A stretch of DNA of 64,000 bases from Rhizaria sp. SCN 62-66. Lineage: Eukaryota. The stretch covers positions 1 to 64,000 of the forward strand of contig MEDY01000138.1 of the NCBI GenBank assembly GCA_001724265.1. Direction: 5' to 3'. The notes under the pieces are model-generated. The model saw only the letters and a program-made list of their open reading frames with translations, did not search any database and was not told the DNA's origin. How positions within the stretch are numbered: the stretch's first letter is position 1; each line of letters begins with the position of its first letter. Both the position numbers and the translations under genes were made by a program. Of this stretch, positions 24,723 through 38,846 are shown piece by piece.

Positions 24723-26911
24723 TTGTCGTTGTCATTGCTCGCAATGCTAAGAGAGTTCGTCAACGCAGCATAGTACTCAACCACCGGGCTCTCGGTGTTC
24801 ACCGCATTGTTAGCGCTGTTATTATTGTTCGTGATTGTGGTGGGCAGCGGCTGCGTCATCGTCACGATCACGACGTCGGCCTGGCTGGGGGCCTCGGGGG
24901 CCAAGCCCCGCTCCTCGAGCTGTAAGATAAGCCGCTCCAGCCCAGCCGCCCAGCCGATCGCCGCGAACGACGGGTCAAAGATCGCGCTCGCACTCGCCGT
25001 GTTGTTGCCGTTGCTGTTTTTGGGCTGTTTTGCTGGCGGGACAAAACGCGCGCTCAGCCCGTCGTATCGACCGCCCGACAGCACGGCGAGCCCTTTCATC
25101 GGCCCGTTGGCAACGACGAACTCGAAGGCTGTGTGGCAGTAGTAGTCAAGCCCGCGGAACAACAGCGGGTCAGGCACGAACGCGATGCCCAGAGCGCCGA
25201 GCGCGGCGGCGACGGCGCCGTGGCGGGCTAGAGAGAGCGGGGACAGAGGGAAGGCGGGGACGCCCAGGGGCGGCCAGGGCGGGGATGCCACCGGATCCAC
25301 AGTCTTTGCCGCAGCCTCAGCCATAGTCGCAGTCTCCGCAGGCTCAGAAGGCCGGAGTGAGGCGGGGCGCTCAGGGGAGAGGAAAATGGGGTCGATTTCG
25401 ATGCCCTCTTCCTGTTATGACAACATAAATAGGTAAATAAAGCAAATATACAAGTTAAGAATAGAGACACGATTTGTTGTTGTGAGAAGTAGATGTGTTT
25501 AAGTCGTAAAAGTAAAGTAATCTCACTGAGTCGAATAGCACAGTAACAGTTTACAATCAGACGTTGATGTTGCTGCGTGTCACGATGCGGGCGTACCTTG
25601 GCCTTCTCGAGCCCGAGGCACATGACGCGGTCACCGGGGGCCTTGCAGTCGAGGATGCGCAAAGGCGCCCCCGCCGCGAGGCGGGCCTTGGACTCGGCCG
25701 AGAGCAGCGACTCGTAGGGACGGAAATACTCGACCAAGATCTACGCGGTGCGATAGAAAACAAAAACAAAAACAAGATAAAAGTAGATATCCTCTAAGTG
25801 AGATTTAATGAAAAATCAAGTTAAATTTTTGTTAAGGTTGCATATGGCGGAGGTATCGTACCTTTTGGTAGTTGTCGCGGTCCTGGGCGTCGCCCAGACT
25901 GTTGAGCCTCAGCTCCACGGCGTCCGGGCCGAGTCCCAGCGCGTCTAGCCCGGCGCGCGCGGCGGCGATGGCAACGGCGTCCTCGGTCGGGTCGCTGGGA
26001 CCCACGGACTCGAGCCCGAACTGCGTGAACTGCCGTAGCCGCCCCGCCTGCGGCCGCTCGCGCCGGAACATAGGGCCGCAGTAGTAAAACCGGTCGGGGT
26101 ATCCCTCCAACGCCCCGTTACCACTGCCCCCGCCGTCATCCTTGTCTTTGGAGGCGGCGGAGGCCTTAGCAGACTTTCCGCTCAGGACAGCGCCGTCTTT
26201 GCTGCCATCCTTGGCGTTGTTGTTGCTCATTTGCGCCGTGATCTGGGCCAGCTCGTGCGCCTTGGCGCCGCGCTTGACCAAGGAACGCATGACCCCAGCG
26301 GTTCCCTCCGGCCGCAGCACCGTCAGCGTGCCGTGGTCGTCAAAGCAGTACGTCTGCTTCTGCACCACCTCGCTGTCGGCGCCCAGCGTCGCCGTGAACA
26401 CATCCGCGTGCTCCAAAACGGGCGACCTGACTTCTGATGTGAAGCCGTACTGGGCGATGGCGCGGGTAAGGGTGCGTTCGATGTGGCTGAACAGACGAGA
26501 CTGCGGGGGCATCACGTCGCGCAGGCCGCGCAGGGGCTGCGTGGGAGGCGTCTTGGCCGCTGCGGAGGGCTTGGGAGCGGGCTTAGCGGCAGCGGCAGCA
26601 TCTGAAGTCGTCACAGCGGCAGCAGTCGCAGAAGTCTTAGAGGTCTCAGCAGACGCGGTGGCGGAGGTCTTGCCTTTGGCACCGCTGCACTTCTCGGGGC
26701 ACTTGGGGGGCAGGTTGACAAAGCGGGCGGGCGCGGCAGTGACTCTGGGCAGTGCCACAGCAGCGGCCGTCGTCGCAGTGCCCGACAGAGCAAAGAGCTG
26801 CTTGGATGTCGCTGTGGCAGTGCGACGGGTGCTGCCGTTCAGCGCAGCGGCAGCGGAAAGTGCGCTGCGCGTGGCGCGGAAAGCAATGCGGGAGGTGGCG
26901 CGCGAGAGCAT
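24275..26911 (-). CDS. HARS2: Histidyl-tRNA synthetase, probably mitochondrial, ~776 aa; exons 26911-25862, 25740-25597, 25411-24275
   Basis: RGLRD, LRPEGTA, FRRERPQAGRLRQFTQ, RGLDYY, GGRYDGL, GLERL, anticodon domain VVGENE..VKDM. Arg/Ala/Ser-rich N-terminal presequence. Ends in TGA. Confidence 0.92.
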
Positions 26912-27552
26912 GGGCGTCCGCAGGTCCTGCTGCAGCTGCTGGGGGCGCAGAGAGAAGAAGTGGGGAGCAAGGGCTGGGCTGGCAAACTCCGGGGTTGCTG
27001 CGGTGCTCTGATGGCGAAATATAGAACATAACCAAACAGGAAGAAAGTATAATAAAGAGATATTATATTTTAGTATTTTTTAATGACCGGTAGCTAACCT
27101 ATTGTGGTATTGACGATCTCATGCACGAGATTGCCGCAATTCAAAGATGGTCTTGCTTTCATCTCATCGCCCCACGCCGCACTCCTCTGTCAACCTCACT
27201 TTGCACAAATTATAAGATATGCAGACATAGATTATAGCAACAGGAAACGAAATTAAAATGAATGACTCAATGTTGCATTTTTCATCTTTGGGTCAAGTTC
27301 TCATTAATGCACTCCAATTATTCCAGATAAAATGCATGCAAATGTGTCTAGTAGTAATCGTGACACAAGTACAAAAGTCGTTGTTTATCTTGACAAATCA
27401 AATCAAAACAGTGTAAAATCAATCTACTACATGATAGTCATACATATCTACCATATAACATAAGTTCAGATCCAAATTCTTTTTGTCTTCGTTAAATACC
27501 GTTTCCCAGTGCAAGTTCTGGTCTACACTTGCGAAGCGAAAAACTGCACTGT

Positions 27553-30500
27553 TCAGTCGTAGATCTCATCGTCCTCGTCGTCCTCAGGCTGCGCAACATA
27601 GAACAGCATGTTGTTCCCCTTGTCGTCCTTGCCGATGTGCGCTGTCGTCGTCCCGGGCCGGCCCAAAGTCACCGGCATGCCTCCAGTCGCCGTCGTCGCC
27701 GTCGTGGCCGTCGTGGCCGTCGGCGCACTTGCATTCGCACTTGCAGTGTTGGATGCGGTGCTTGCTGAGGCGGTGTGAAACGATGACTGTGGAGCAGTGG
27801 GAGCGGTTAGGACTTCCAGTGCACTGCTACCGTCGACGCTGGCGTTGTGGCCACTGGCGGTGGTGGACTGCTGATGCTGCGCCAGCTGCTGCAGCTTGTT
27901 AGTGACGTCTGCGACAACGCCAGCAGCAGCCTCCGCCGTCGCCGTCGCCGCCGCCACTGCCGCAGCCGCCGCCGCCGCAGCAGCAGCAGTAGCAGCGGTG
28001 GCGTCACTGTTGTCACTAGCGTTGGGAGCGCAAAGAGTGGCTAGGTGGCTAAGGGTGGCGAGAGAGGTACTTAGAGCCGGGGCAACGTCCTCAAAGGCAA
28101 TCTCAAGCGCGGCCGTTGTGATGGCGGCGGGCGCGCTGGCGAGCACTTCCTCGACGCTAAGGGCGCCCTTAGACTGGCTAAGGGGGTACTTAGACGAGGA
28201 AGCCGCAGGGATCGATGCGATGTTGGCAACGCTCTTCGTGGCGAGGTCGATAATAGTGATGATTTGCTGCATTTCAGTCGACATCAGCTCAATCAATTCA
28301 TAATCGACACCGTCGCTCTGGTCGTTCGCAAAGTGACTGTGGGCGTAGTCCGCAACTCCCAGCAGCTGCGCCGAGTGGCCTGACTGGGCCGAGAGCACGG
28401 CTCCAACCAGATCGTAGTCGTTCTCAATGAACGCCGACACGTCTAAGGGGGTGCTTACACTGGCGCTGGCGTTCCCGCCTGTGAGGGGGTACTTAGACTT
28501 GGAGGTCATGTTGAGGACGGCGCCCGCAGCAGCCGCAGTCGCCACATGGGACAGAGGCAGGTTCTGCTGCTGCTGTTGCTGCTGCTGTTGTTGCTCAGCC
28601 TCAGTCGCAGTTTCAGGGTTGTCGTTATCGTTGTGATGACTGTGCGAGTGCAAGTGGACGAACCCCGAGTGCCCGTGCGCAAGGATAAGACTAAACACGT
28701 GGTGTGTCTTGTTGGCAAAGGCCGCGGCCCTGAACTGGTCGCTGCGGCACAGGTTGCCCAGCGCGCGGCTCGCTTCGGTGAGCATCTCGGAGAGCAGCGG
28801 CGCGAGCGCCGCGTAAGTACTCTGCGCGATGTAAGTACCCTCTGCACCAGCCCCGGCCCCGCTATTGGCGGGGTACTTAGACCCCGGCCCCGGGTAAGTG
28901 GGGCTGGAGAGCAGGGTCGTTGCGGTGACCGTGAGCAGACGCAGCGGGGTCAGGTACGCCGAAGTTAAGCCGCCATCCTCGCTGGCGCCCCCCTTCGGGC
29001 CTGCAGTGGCGATGAGCAGCGGCAACGTCTGAATCTCCGCAGCAGCAGCAGCAGTTGTTGTGTGTGTTGTGGTGGTGTAGAATGAGAGGTTGCTGATACA
29101 GGCGACGGCGAACAAGGCCAACTCACCGTAATACCCCAAGCCACTACCACCACTGCCACTAGAGCTTGCTGTCGTCATCGTCGTCGTCGTCGTTGCAGTA
29201 GCAACGGTGGTGGTGAGGGCAGTCGCGGCGGCGGCGACGCCCGTGGCCGCCACGGCCGCGACCGCCGCCACGGCCCGCTTGAGCCCGGCGTCACTGGCCA
29301 AGAGCACGCCCACTGCGGGCTCCAGCGCGAGGTTGGCGATCAGGCGCAGCGCCTTGGCCACGCCGTCCGACCCCGCGCTGGCGGCTGAGGGGGCACTTAC
29401 GCTCGCACTGCTGTCGGCGGTCGAGGGCGGTGTAAGGGTGTCAACCCAGGCTGTAAGTAGCTTGCTCAAGTCTCGGCACAGCGCAGCGGCGCCGCCGACA
29501 GCCGCCACAAAGCCCTCCGCCACCGAGACGCCGCCGCTGCTGGCGTTGTCATTATCGTCGTTGTTGTTGACGGGGATAAGCGAGGCCGAGCCCAGGTGGT
29601 AGCAGACACGCGTCACAAGCAGCGCGTCTCTGGGCACAGCCGCCGCGGATTTAAAGCAAGCCGCCTGTCGCTTCGCGCTGTACGCCAGCAGCATGCCCCG
29701 CACCACGGGGTCCACGTCCGCGCCCGCGTCTAAGGGGGTACTTAGAGCGTAGGCCGCGGCGAACTCGTCGACCTTGCCGATGGCGCGGACGGCAGCGAAC
29801 CAATGCGCGGGCGCCTCGGGGACCGTGTCGACGCGTTGAGTACTTGAAGTCTGGCTGGTGGAGGAGCCAGAAGTAGGCCGCTGCTGTTGTTGTTGTTGTT
29901 GCTGTTTTGAAGTGGCAATGATGACGCGGCCGCCGGCGCGGGGCGCGCCCCCTCCACTTACAATCGTGGGCCCCTTAGACGGCGCCGACTCGCCCGCACT
30001 CGCGGCGTTGTTACCATTGCCATTGCTGTTGTTGTTGTTGTTGTTGTTGTTGGCGGCAGCGACGGCGGCGGCGGCGTCCGCGTCCGAGGCCGGCAGCACG
30101 CCTGCCGCGGCGTCGGCGGCGGCGGCGGCTGCGAGGGCGAACGCGGTGCGGGCGCGCAGCGAGAGGACCACGCCGGCAGCTGAAACGCGGGATTGGGGGG
30201 AATTTATGCGCGAGCGGTGAGATGGAGATGAAATTACAAATGAAATAGTGCTGCAGATTCATTGAAATGAAAGTTCATTTCAAAATTATATTAATTCAAT
30301 GTGATGCATTCAACCGAAGTTATAACGACACAGAACAAGAAAGTTGGTCGTCAGCGTTGATTCGTTTCATATTTCAATAATACCCAAACAAGTGATATAT
30401 TGCGTACCTGCGACTGCCAGCGCCGCCGCCTCGGCCCCAGTGCCGCCCGCGTTGGCGCTGAGAGCGTTGACGACCACACGACTCACGACCGTGCCAGTGC

Positions 30501-33264
30501 CAGAGCCAGAGCCAGAGCCAGCGCCAGAGCTGTTGTTGCTATTGCTAGCGGTGAGTGTGGTCAGGGCGCCGCAGGCCGCGGCGGTCAGTGAGCCGATCAG
30601 AGCGAGCGTCTGCGTCAGCAGCGGCAGCGGCTTGAGTTCGACGCCGCTCGTGTAAGTACCGTTCGTGTAAGAACTCCACAGCGTCGGGCTAATCACAAAG
30701 CCAGAGTTCTTGTTCTGAGAGCTGTTGTTGTTGCTATGGTTATACGTCGCCGCTGCGGAGCCGGTGACGGCGGCCAGAAGCCCCATGACATCCGGAGACA
30801 CGATCGCCGCGAACAGAGCTTTCCGGCCGCTGGCACTGGCACTGTGCGCACCCGCACTCGCACTCGCGCTCGCGCTCGCATTCACAACGGAATTAGCGTT
30901 GGCGCCCGCGTTGTTCAGCGAGAATGCGTGCTGCGAGAGCGTGCCGATGGTCCGGATCGAGCTGGTTACGGCGGTGCAGATGGCTCCCGAGGCGCTCGAC
31001 AGCGACATCAGCGGCGCCACACTAGCATCCCCGTCTAAGAGCGCGGGAGTACTTACATCGGGCCCGACGCTGTTCGACCGTGTAAGTGCGCGGGTAAGCG
31101 CCGGGAGGGTGAGCTGCGCCAGCGCGGCCGCCAGCGCGGCCAGGGGGCTGACTGTGGCGGCCGTGGCCGCAACCACGCTCTCAGACCGGGCCAACACCGA
31201 CGCCGACGCCGCCGCAGCAGCTGTCGCAGCCGCTGTCGCAGCATTGGTCTCGGCACTCGCACTGGCGCTTGCGCTGGCACTGGCGCTGGCGCTACTGGAC
31301 TGAGACTGAGACTGCTGTTGGAGGGCCGTCGTGAGCAAGATACGCATACGGCCGGCCGCCAGCGCGGCGAGCGAAAGCGGGGAACACGCGGGGGGCATAG
31401 GTACCTGTGAGTGACCGTGGGCATCACGCGTACTCACAGTCACGCTGGCATCAGCACTTAGAGGTGTGAGGAGCAGGGTAAGGGCCTCGACGCCCACGTC
31501 GACGCCGCTAGAGGCAGAGGTACTTACACTCGTTGTCGTGGCGGTTGTGGCCCAGGGGGCGAGCACCCTGAGCGCGAGCGCGCAGCCCCAGAGTAAGTAC
31601 CTCGCAGGCAGCACTAAGGGGGTCGTGTTAGGTGTACTGTGCGTATTCGCACCGTTGTTGTTGTTGTTGCTAGACGGAGGTGCAGGTGTTGTGGGGGCCA
31701 GGAGCGCGGCTAAGGGGGGCACGAGCGATGTAAGTACCCCCTTAGTCACGATCGGGGGCAGCACCGACAGCGACGGCAACACAGGCAGCTGCGGGGCCGG
31801 GGTACTTACAATCGCGCCCGCGCTACTTAGACTGAGCAGAGGCGCCTTGGTGTAAGGGACCAGGGCGTTGAGAGTCAAGATCAACCAGTCTAAGGGGCTA
31901 CTTGCTGCCGCACTCGCACTCGCCGTCGCAGTAGAAGGAGCAGCAGCAGGAGCAGCGGCGGCAGCAGCGGCGGCGGCGGCGGCGGCGGAAGCAACAACAG
32001 CACTCGCAGTCTCCGTCTCAGTCACGCTGCTGCTTGATGTGGCTGTGACCGTGTTAGAGCTCGCCAAGTGGTCCACCGCCACAGCCCTCCTCGCTGCAGA
32101 GCCGGGACGCACGGTACTTACACCAGGGGTAGTTACACCGGGGGTACTTACATCGCCTGCCGAGGCGGCGGCGGCGGTACCGGTGACGGCACGAGTGACC
32201 GTGCGCGCAGTGAGTTTGCGGCCGTAGTTGGGCGACGGCACAGCGCGGTGCAAAATTAAGCCGCGCGTCGAAGAAGTTAAGCCGCCACCCGATGTGACAG
32301 AGGTCTGGCCGCTGCCCCCATCGTCATCGTCATCATCTGTCGTGATGTTAGCATCATCGTCATCGTCGTCGTCATCGTTGTCGTTGTCGTTGGCATAGAT
32401 GCCCATGTCAGCATCGTTGGCGTCACTGATGAGCACTTCGCTGCCAACGGCGACGCTAGTGCTCGGCCGCGACCCGTACGCTGCGTGCCCACTCGCGCTC
32501 GCAGTCGCGCTGCCGCCGGCGCCGGCGCCGGCGCTGGCGCGGTCGAAGCTGGCGCTGACGCGGGGGGTGAAGGGACGGGACGGCCTGGCCAGCGACACCG
32601 CAGCAGCAGCGTGAACAGCATTCGCATTAGGATTAACAGCGTCGGTGCCGTCAGCGTTGGCGTTGAGCGGGGGCGGGTGCGGGGCGAAGCGGGCTCCAAC
32701 TCCGCTCCTGCTGTTGTTGTTGCTACCGCTGATGCTACTAGACGGGGCCATGGGGGGGCGGCTACTTACACTCGAGGTACTTACACCCGCGGCAGGGGTT
32801 CCAGTGTTGTTGATGTTGCTGTTCGGGGGCGAGGGGTACTTAGAGTACCCGCTACTTAGACTGCCCGTGAGTGCCGCCAGTGGCAGCGCCATGACGGGGC
32901 CGCCGGAACGCGAGGCGGCTAGACTTTGCAGCGGCGCGGCGGAAGAGGCGGCTTGACTTTGGCCCGGCATCGGGGCACGGCGCAACGAGCTGGGTAAGCC
33001 ACCGCCGCCGCCGCCGCCGCTGCCGACACTGAGGCTGCCGCTGCCCCCCAATCGGGGATATGCTCCCGAGCCAGAGCTAGAGCCAGAGCCAGAGCCGGAC
33101 AATTGCGCGCGTGCGGCCTGGATGGTGTCGCGGATTGTGGAGCGTGTGGACAGCATCGCGTCAGCACCAGTGACAGGAGCAGTGGAGGAGGAGGTGGGGG
33201 CAGAGGCGGAGTTCGAGCTGAGGCTGCCAGTGCCACCCAGAGTGGGGCGGGGGGGCTGCTGCAT
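27553..33264 (-). CDS. ARMC2: Armadillo-repeat protein, ARMC2-like (flagellar), ~1827 aa; exons 33264-30408, 30179-27553
   Basis: RPFTP motif plus ARM segments KALRLIANLAL.P.VG, ISNLSFY, EASRALGNL, AGAVLNMT, matching my recollection of ARMC2. Ends in TGA. Confidence 0.72.
28157..28193. repeat. Tandem pair of hairpin elements: perfect palindrome CTAAGGGCGCCCTTAG followed by CTAAGGGGGTACTTAG
   Basis: Read directly from the sequence; lies in ARMC2 exon 2 and encodes SKYPLSQSKGALS. Confidence 0.85.
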
Positions 33265-34013
33265 ACTCACGGCAGCAGTAGAGGCGCGGGAAAGCGGCGC
33301 AAACGCAGGAGATGCGCCAAGGTAGCAGGAGGCTGTTGTCGGGGTTGTTCCTCTGAGGGCGAGGTTCTATTGTCTGTCAGAGATAGAGAGAACGAGAGTT
33401 AGAGCTGTTGAGGATATGGGGCGAAGCGAGAGTAAGATAGAAAAAGATGAATATTAAGCGTGAGGTCGGCTTTGTAAGGATAAAGAGAAATAATGTAGCA
33501 ACAAAACAATAAGAAAAAAAGGGAAATCGTGTGGCATTTCTGTTAACGGAAACAGCGAGGCATCCCAGAGGCAAATAGCACCGCCCTCGTTTGAATCTCT
33601 CGGACACTCGCCCCCTCACCTTCCAACCGCACAGCGCATCACATTCACAGATTTAGGAGACACAGCAAATAAATCACGCAATTCCCGCCATAGTTAATTG
33701 CTATATTTCAACGTTACCCCTATCAACGGACTCCACACCCTTCCACGCTTCCTCAAAACTAAGCACGCACCAAACGGAAATGCTTTCGCTGTGGCGCAGT
33801 CGCACTACACCTGTTGACAAGACACACACTTTAAGAGAGTATAAGCACGTTTACTCACTTAACTCGCGCAAAAATGTCGACAAACTATAAATTATACTCT
33901 TTATTTACACAAATACCTCAACAATAACCCCCAAAAATCCACGCACATAGATATATATCATGCTTAAAAACAGAAACACAGAAAACACCTTAACTCAATC
34001 AACGCGCGCGCGC

Positions 34014-37000
34014 TTACTCCTTGTCACCGTCGTTGTCATCGTCACCGTCGCCGTTTTCGTCCCCCTCCTTAGGGTCCAGGAGCGCCAGCAGCGACGCCTT
34101 CTCTGCGGCGTCAACCATCAGCCCCACGGACACGTTGGTCCGCCAGGCGGCGCACAGCACGTCACCCGCCGTCACGCCCGCGGGCAGCTGCGCGCGCGGC
34201 AGGCGCAGCACGCACGAGCCCAGGGCCACGCCGCCGCACGCCGCCGAGGCCGCCGCCGCCACGTCCACGGCCGCGGCCGCGCGGGCCGTAGCGGCGGCCG
34301 CGGCGGCCGCGGCGGGCGTGCGCGCGGTGTCGTTGGCCAAGCTCTGCGCAAGCGTGGCCGTGGTGGCGATAACCTCGGCCGCCTTGGCCTCGGCGGCGGC
34401 CGCGGCGGCCGCGGCGGCGGCGGCCGGCAGCGCCTGTCCGGGGGCGATGGCCGGTACAGTGAGCAGCAGCGGCTTAACTTCGGGCGAGAAGTCGACCGTC
34501 TTAAGCCCCTGCGGATCCCGCAGCAGCGCCAGCATGTCGGCCAGAGTGACGTTCACGAGCTGGCGGCGCATCGAGGGCGCCAGGAAGGCCACCGCGTCCT
34601 GGGACAGCCGGTACGCGTGGTTGCTCGCGGCGGTATCCCCGGTACTCGTGGCATTTACAGCCGCGCTCGAGCTCGCGCTGGCGTTGGCGTTCATGCGGTG
34701 CGACGCCGAGGTCGAGGCGCCCTCGAAGACCTTGAGGCCCGAGTGGACAATCTTGAGACGGTAGTTCTCCTTGGTGCGCAGCAGCTCCGCCGAGGCCGGG
34801 GAGACGTAATACACGCGGCGGCCAACGGACTGCGCGGCCTCGGAACGGGAGAAGAGCCGCGACGGGTCGAAGGCAAAAGGGAAGGCGCCCGCGCCGGGGA
34901 TCGAACTCTGCGCCGCGGCGGCCGCGGTCTCGGGCAGCGACGTGGTGCCGGCGGTGGCGAGGCCGAAGTCTGTCGCCAGCTGCTGAGTGAGGCCCTCGTC
35001 GAGCGGCGTGAAGGGGAAGTCGTTCCACAGCTTGTCCAGCGGCTTCTTACTATTGGCGGGGGCGGGGGTGTCGGCCGTGGCCGTGATCGCGGCCAGCTTC
35101 TGCTTGTCGTGGTTGGCGCTGGCGACGGTGTCCGCCCCCGCGGCAGCGGTGGCGAGGGCCTCGATAGACTCGGTGGCCGCGTCAGTGCCGTTGGTCTCGG
35201 CGGAAGCAGCGCTGGCGTCGGTGGACAGGCTGCCGTCCTCAGCGGTGGCGGCGCCGCTCGCGGGGTTGTTGATGTCCCAGTTGGGCAACGGCGCGATCTT
35301 CTCGATCAGGGTGATGAAGAAACCACCGGTGTCCTAAAGCAGGTCAGAGCAAGGAAGGTTGGGAGATTATGGGATATTTCGGGATGGCATGCGTGAGTTG
35401 TGATTGAAAACAAATAAATACAAGTCGCTACTATAAAACACAACAAACATCCCACAGACAAAGTAGTCTCAGTCCAAGAATGTTCTTTGCTAAAGCCTTT
35501 CAGAGACAACGTACCTGGCGGTGGGGCAGAATGCGGACGCAGTGGCGCAGCCCCAGCTGCTCGCCCGTCGGCGCGTCGCTCCCGGCCGCGGGGCCGTGGA
35601 GCATCGTGCTCGGATACTGGCTGAGGTTGCGGCCGAAGGGCGGGAGGCGGGCACTGAGCCCGGCCTCGACCGCGGCGGCGTGGGCCTCGGCCTCCTCCTC
35701 CGTCGCGCCCTCCTTGGCCGCGGGGCGCTTCTTGCCGCCCTTGGGGTTCGCCTTGCCGCCCTTCCCGTTGCCGCTGCCGTTGGCGGCGGCGTAGCCATTA
35801 CTGCTATGGCTGCCCTTGCCCTTGATGCCCTGGTAGGCGTTCGCAGCGGAAGAAGCAGCGGTGGCGTTAGCGTCATTGTGCGTGATGCCGGCGGCGGCCT
35901 CTGCGAGCGCCTCCGCCTTCATCGTCGCGATCGTGGTGGGGCAGCACAGCGACAGACGCAGACGGCGCTTCTGCGCGAACCAGAGCGAGTCGACGACCTT
36001 GAGCGAGTTGACGTCGCACATCGTCACATCCGCCGCCGTGGTCACTACAGAGCCCGGCACAGGGGCGAGCAGACGGGCAGCCTCGGCCGTCGCGGCGGCG
36101 GCGTCGGCGGCGGCCTGGGCCTCGGCCGCGGCGGCCTTGTCGGCGTCGGTGGCACCCTCGGCCGCGGCCTTGGCGGCGGCCTCGGCGGCGGCGGCGGCCA
36201 GCGTTGCGGCCGTAGCGGCGGCGGCTTTGTAGGCGACCTTGCGCGACTGGCGCGTCTCCTGCGTCACGTCGACGTTGCAGGGCCACGACTCCATGCCGGG
36301 CTCGCGGAGCAGGCCGGGCAGCTTGTCGCTGACATCGACGACGCGCAGTGCGCCGCGCGAGTGACGGATCAGCTCGGCGACGACAGCCTCGTTCTCAAAC
36401 GGGTTCAACGAGCACGTCGAGTAGACAAGCCGGCCGCCAACCTTGAGCAGCTGCGCGGCGCGCCACGCGATTGAGAGCTGCAGCGGGTGGAGCCCGATGG
36501 CGCCGCCGAGCGACCAGAGGCGCCAGATATTTGAGTTCTTGCGGATCGTGCCGTCGCCGGAGCAGGGCACGTCGCACAGGATGCGGTCGAACAGCAGCGG
36601 CACGGGGCGCGGGACGCTGGCGGGCGCCGCAGAGTCGGTCATAGCAGTCGCCGTGGCATCCGCGGGCTTGAAGAGGTTGGGGAAGAACTGGCCCTAAACA
36701 CGGGTGGGAATGAAAAACAAGGTATATATGTGAGATAGAGAAATATGAATATAAATTATATATACAATCGTTATTATTAACACATTATAACATAAAACTC
36801 CTAAAAAATAGCAACACCTCACCGAGATATACACTATAACAAAGATCTCATGTCACAGAACTACAACATACTTGGTGCGTGGAGACAAGGAAGGCGGGCG
36901 ACCCGAGGCGCTTGAGCTGGTGCACGAGCATGTACGCGCGCTTGTGGTCCGCGTCGTTGGCGATGACAAGGCCCGACGGCACAATCGCAGGCCCCTCGGC

Positions 37001-37898
37001 GTGCAGCGCCTCAAGCAGCTGCGCCGTCTTGGATCCGGGCGCGGCGCACATGTCGAGCACATAGTGGTGCGGCTTAACTTCGAGCAGCTGCGGAGGGATC
37101 ATGGACACGGCCTCCTGGCGTGTGATGTTGCCCTGGCGGTCTTCGCGCATAAGGAACTCGCGGAACTTGCGCACTGCAGGCACGCGCCGCATTGTGCGCT
37201 TGCCCATCTCGAGCTGCCACGCGTAGTTGGCCTGCGAAACAGTAAAATGCAATATTTATCACACAAACAAAAGAATACAATAAAAATAGTTAGAATATAG
37301 TTAGAACGCAACATTTTAATATGATTGTAACAATTAGAACTTGGCAGAAGTTAGTTTGAGTAAAATATATCCTGTTAAAGTTCAAGACACGTACAGGCGT
37401 GTACCAAGGCATGGGTGTGGGGGCCTGGATGGTGACCGCGAACGCTGGGTCGCGGTCAGTGGCCGGCAGATGAAACACCGTGGGCTCGCGGGGCAGCCCA
37501 AAGCAGTCACCCTTGAGGCGCTCGAGGAGTTGCTCGTCGAGCCCGTTAATCGCGGAGAGCCGGAACGAGACTGGGAGAATGCGCCGCATGGCGTCGATGA
37601 AGGCGTCCCACTGGTCGTCGGGCACGATGTGTCCGCGGTAGTAGGCCTCGAGACGCGGGTTGTACATGCCGTCCTTGGTCACGCGCGAAACAAACCAGCC
37701 GCGCGCCTTGTCGTCCGCGCTCATCTCGCCAGTCGCGACACCGCGACTCGCAGTCGCAGTGGCAGGTGCAGTCTCGGTAGTCTCAGCCGCAGTTGCAGTA
37801 GACTCGGTGGCGGAGGCCACGGCTGCGGTGGAGGCGTCGGCAGCGCGGGAGCGCTTGGGGTCGACGGGCTCGGCGTCGGCGGGAGCGTTGCGCTTCAT
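34014..37898 (-). CDS. NSUN2: tRNA (cytosine-5) methyltransferase NSUN2/Trm4, ~1120 aa; exons 37898-37395, 37231-36872, 36693-35515, 35333-34014
   Basis: RQEAVSMIPP, VLDMCAAPGSKTAQL, ANDAD, FDRILCDVPCSGDG, YSTCSLNPFENEAVV, RILPH.QDTGGFF, KIVHSGLKVF. Ends in TAA. Confidence 0.95.
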
Positions 37899-38477
37899 GC
37901 TGTTCAGGCGGAAAGCAACGTCTATGGAAAGGTGCGAGGAGAGGGTGATAAGAGGCGCGGGGCAAGGCAGCGGACGGCGATCGGGTTGTGTGAGGCAGGA
38001 ACGGCAACGCGTGAGAAAAAGAAAAATATTCGCTAAACAAAACCGCATGTTGCCACGTGTAAGGGCAATAACAAAAACAATGACGATCCACTACGAGAGA
38101 GATTCACCTGTAAATTGACGCCATTTTTCTTGTGGTCGACAGTCGCTTTTGCCGAGCCGATCTATGCGAATACTAAAAGGATTACTTCCTCAGAGTCTCG
38201 TTCGTGGTTGACGAGCCCGGCGGCTTGACTTGGCTCAGTCAGCCAGCGACCGAGCGACCGACCGACTGACCGACCGAGTGGGGGTGATTGACAGAGGGCT
38301 TGGAAGGTTTTGTTGCGGGCTTTGAAAGGGATATTCGCGTCACCGTTTTGCGCTGTAGTTGATGAGATTAAATTGCATGTGGGGTTTTCTAGTTTGTGTC
38401 CTTATTACTTATCCGCTCACTTTCGTCTGTGCCTTGTTTTACCCGCTCTGATTCCACCGCCCTTACAGTTAGCAGAG

Positions 38478-38846
38478 ATGTCTTTCTTCCGTGCCATCAA
38501 CATGACCTACCTCCAGTTCGTCAACCGGTACGTCCCCTTTGTCTTTACCTTCACACTTACCACACCTTCTTCTACCTACTGCTATCCTCCGCACTGTATT
38601 TGCCCTCGTGTGTCCACTCTGTGAATCCTCTTTCTGATCCATCTTCGCTCACTCTTCCTCTCGCTTCTTGCTTCGTTTGCATTCACGCCTCGCGCTCACA
38701 GCTCCACCACTGCGGCTCGCTCCGTTGTTAAGGACGCCGTCAAGTCCAAGTACGACGCTAAGGAGCAGTTCCACTTCATCCGCCAGAAGTGGAATGCCGG
38801 CAAGTTCGAGCCCAAGACCACCAACTCCAACATCGTCACCCACTAA
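38478..38846 (+). CDS. ATP5F1E: Mitochondrial F1-ATP synthase epsilon subunit, 64 aa; exons 38478-38527, 38702-38846 (not a single ORF in the supplied track)
   Basis: The spliced product MSFFRAINMTYLQFVNRSTTAARSVVKDAVKSKYDAKEQFHFIRQKWNAGKFEPKTTNSNIVTH fits the epsilon pattern (R..mtYl..n....aR..K....W..GK). High-expression codon bias. Ends in TAA. Confidence 0.82.
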
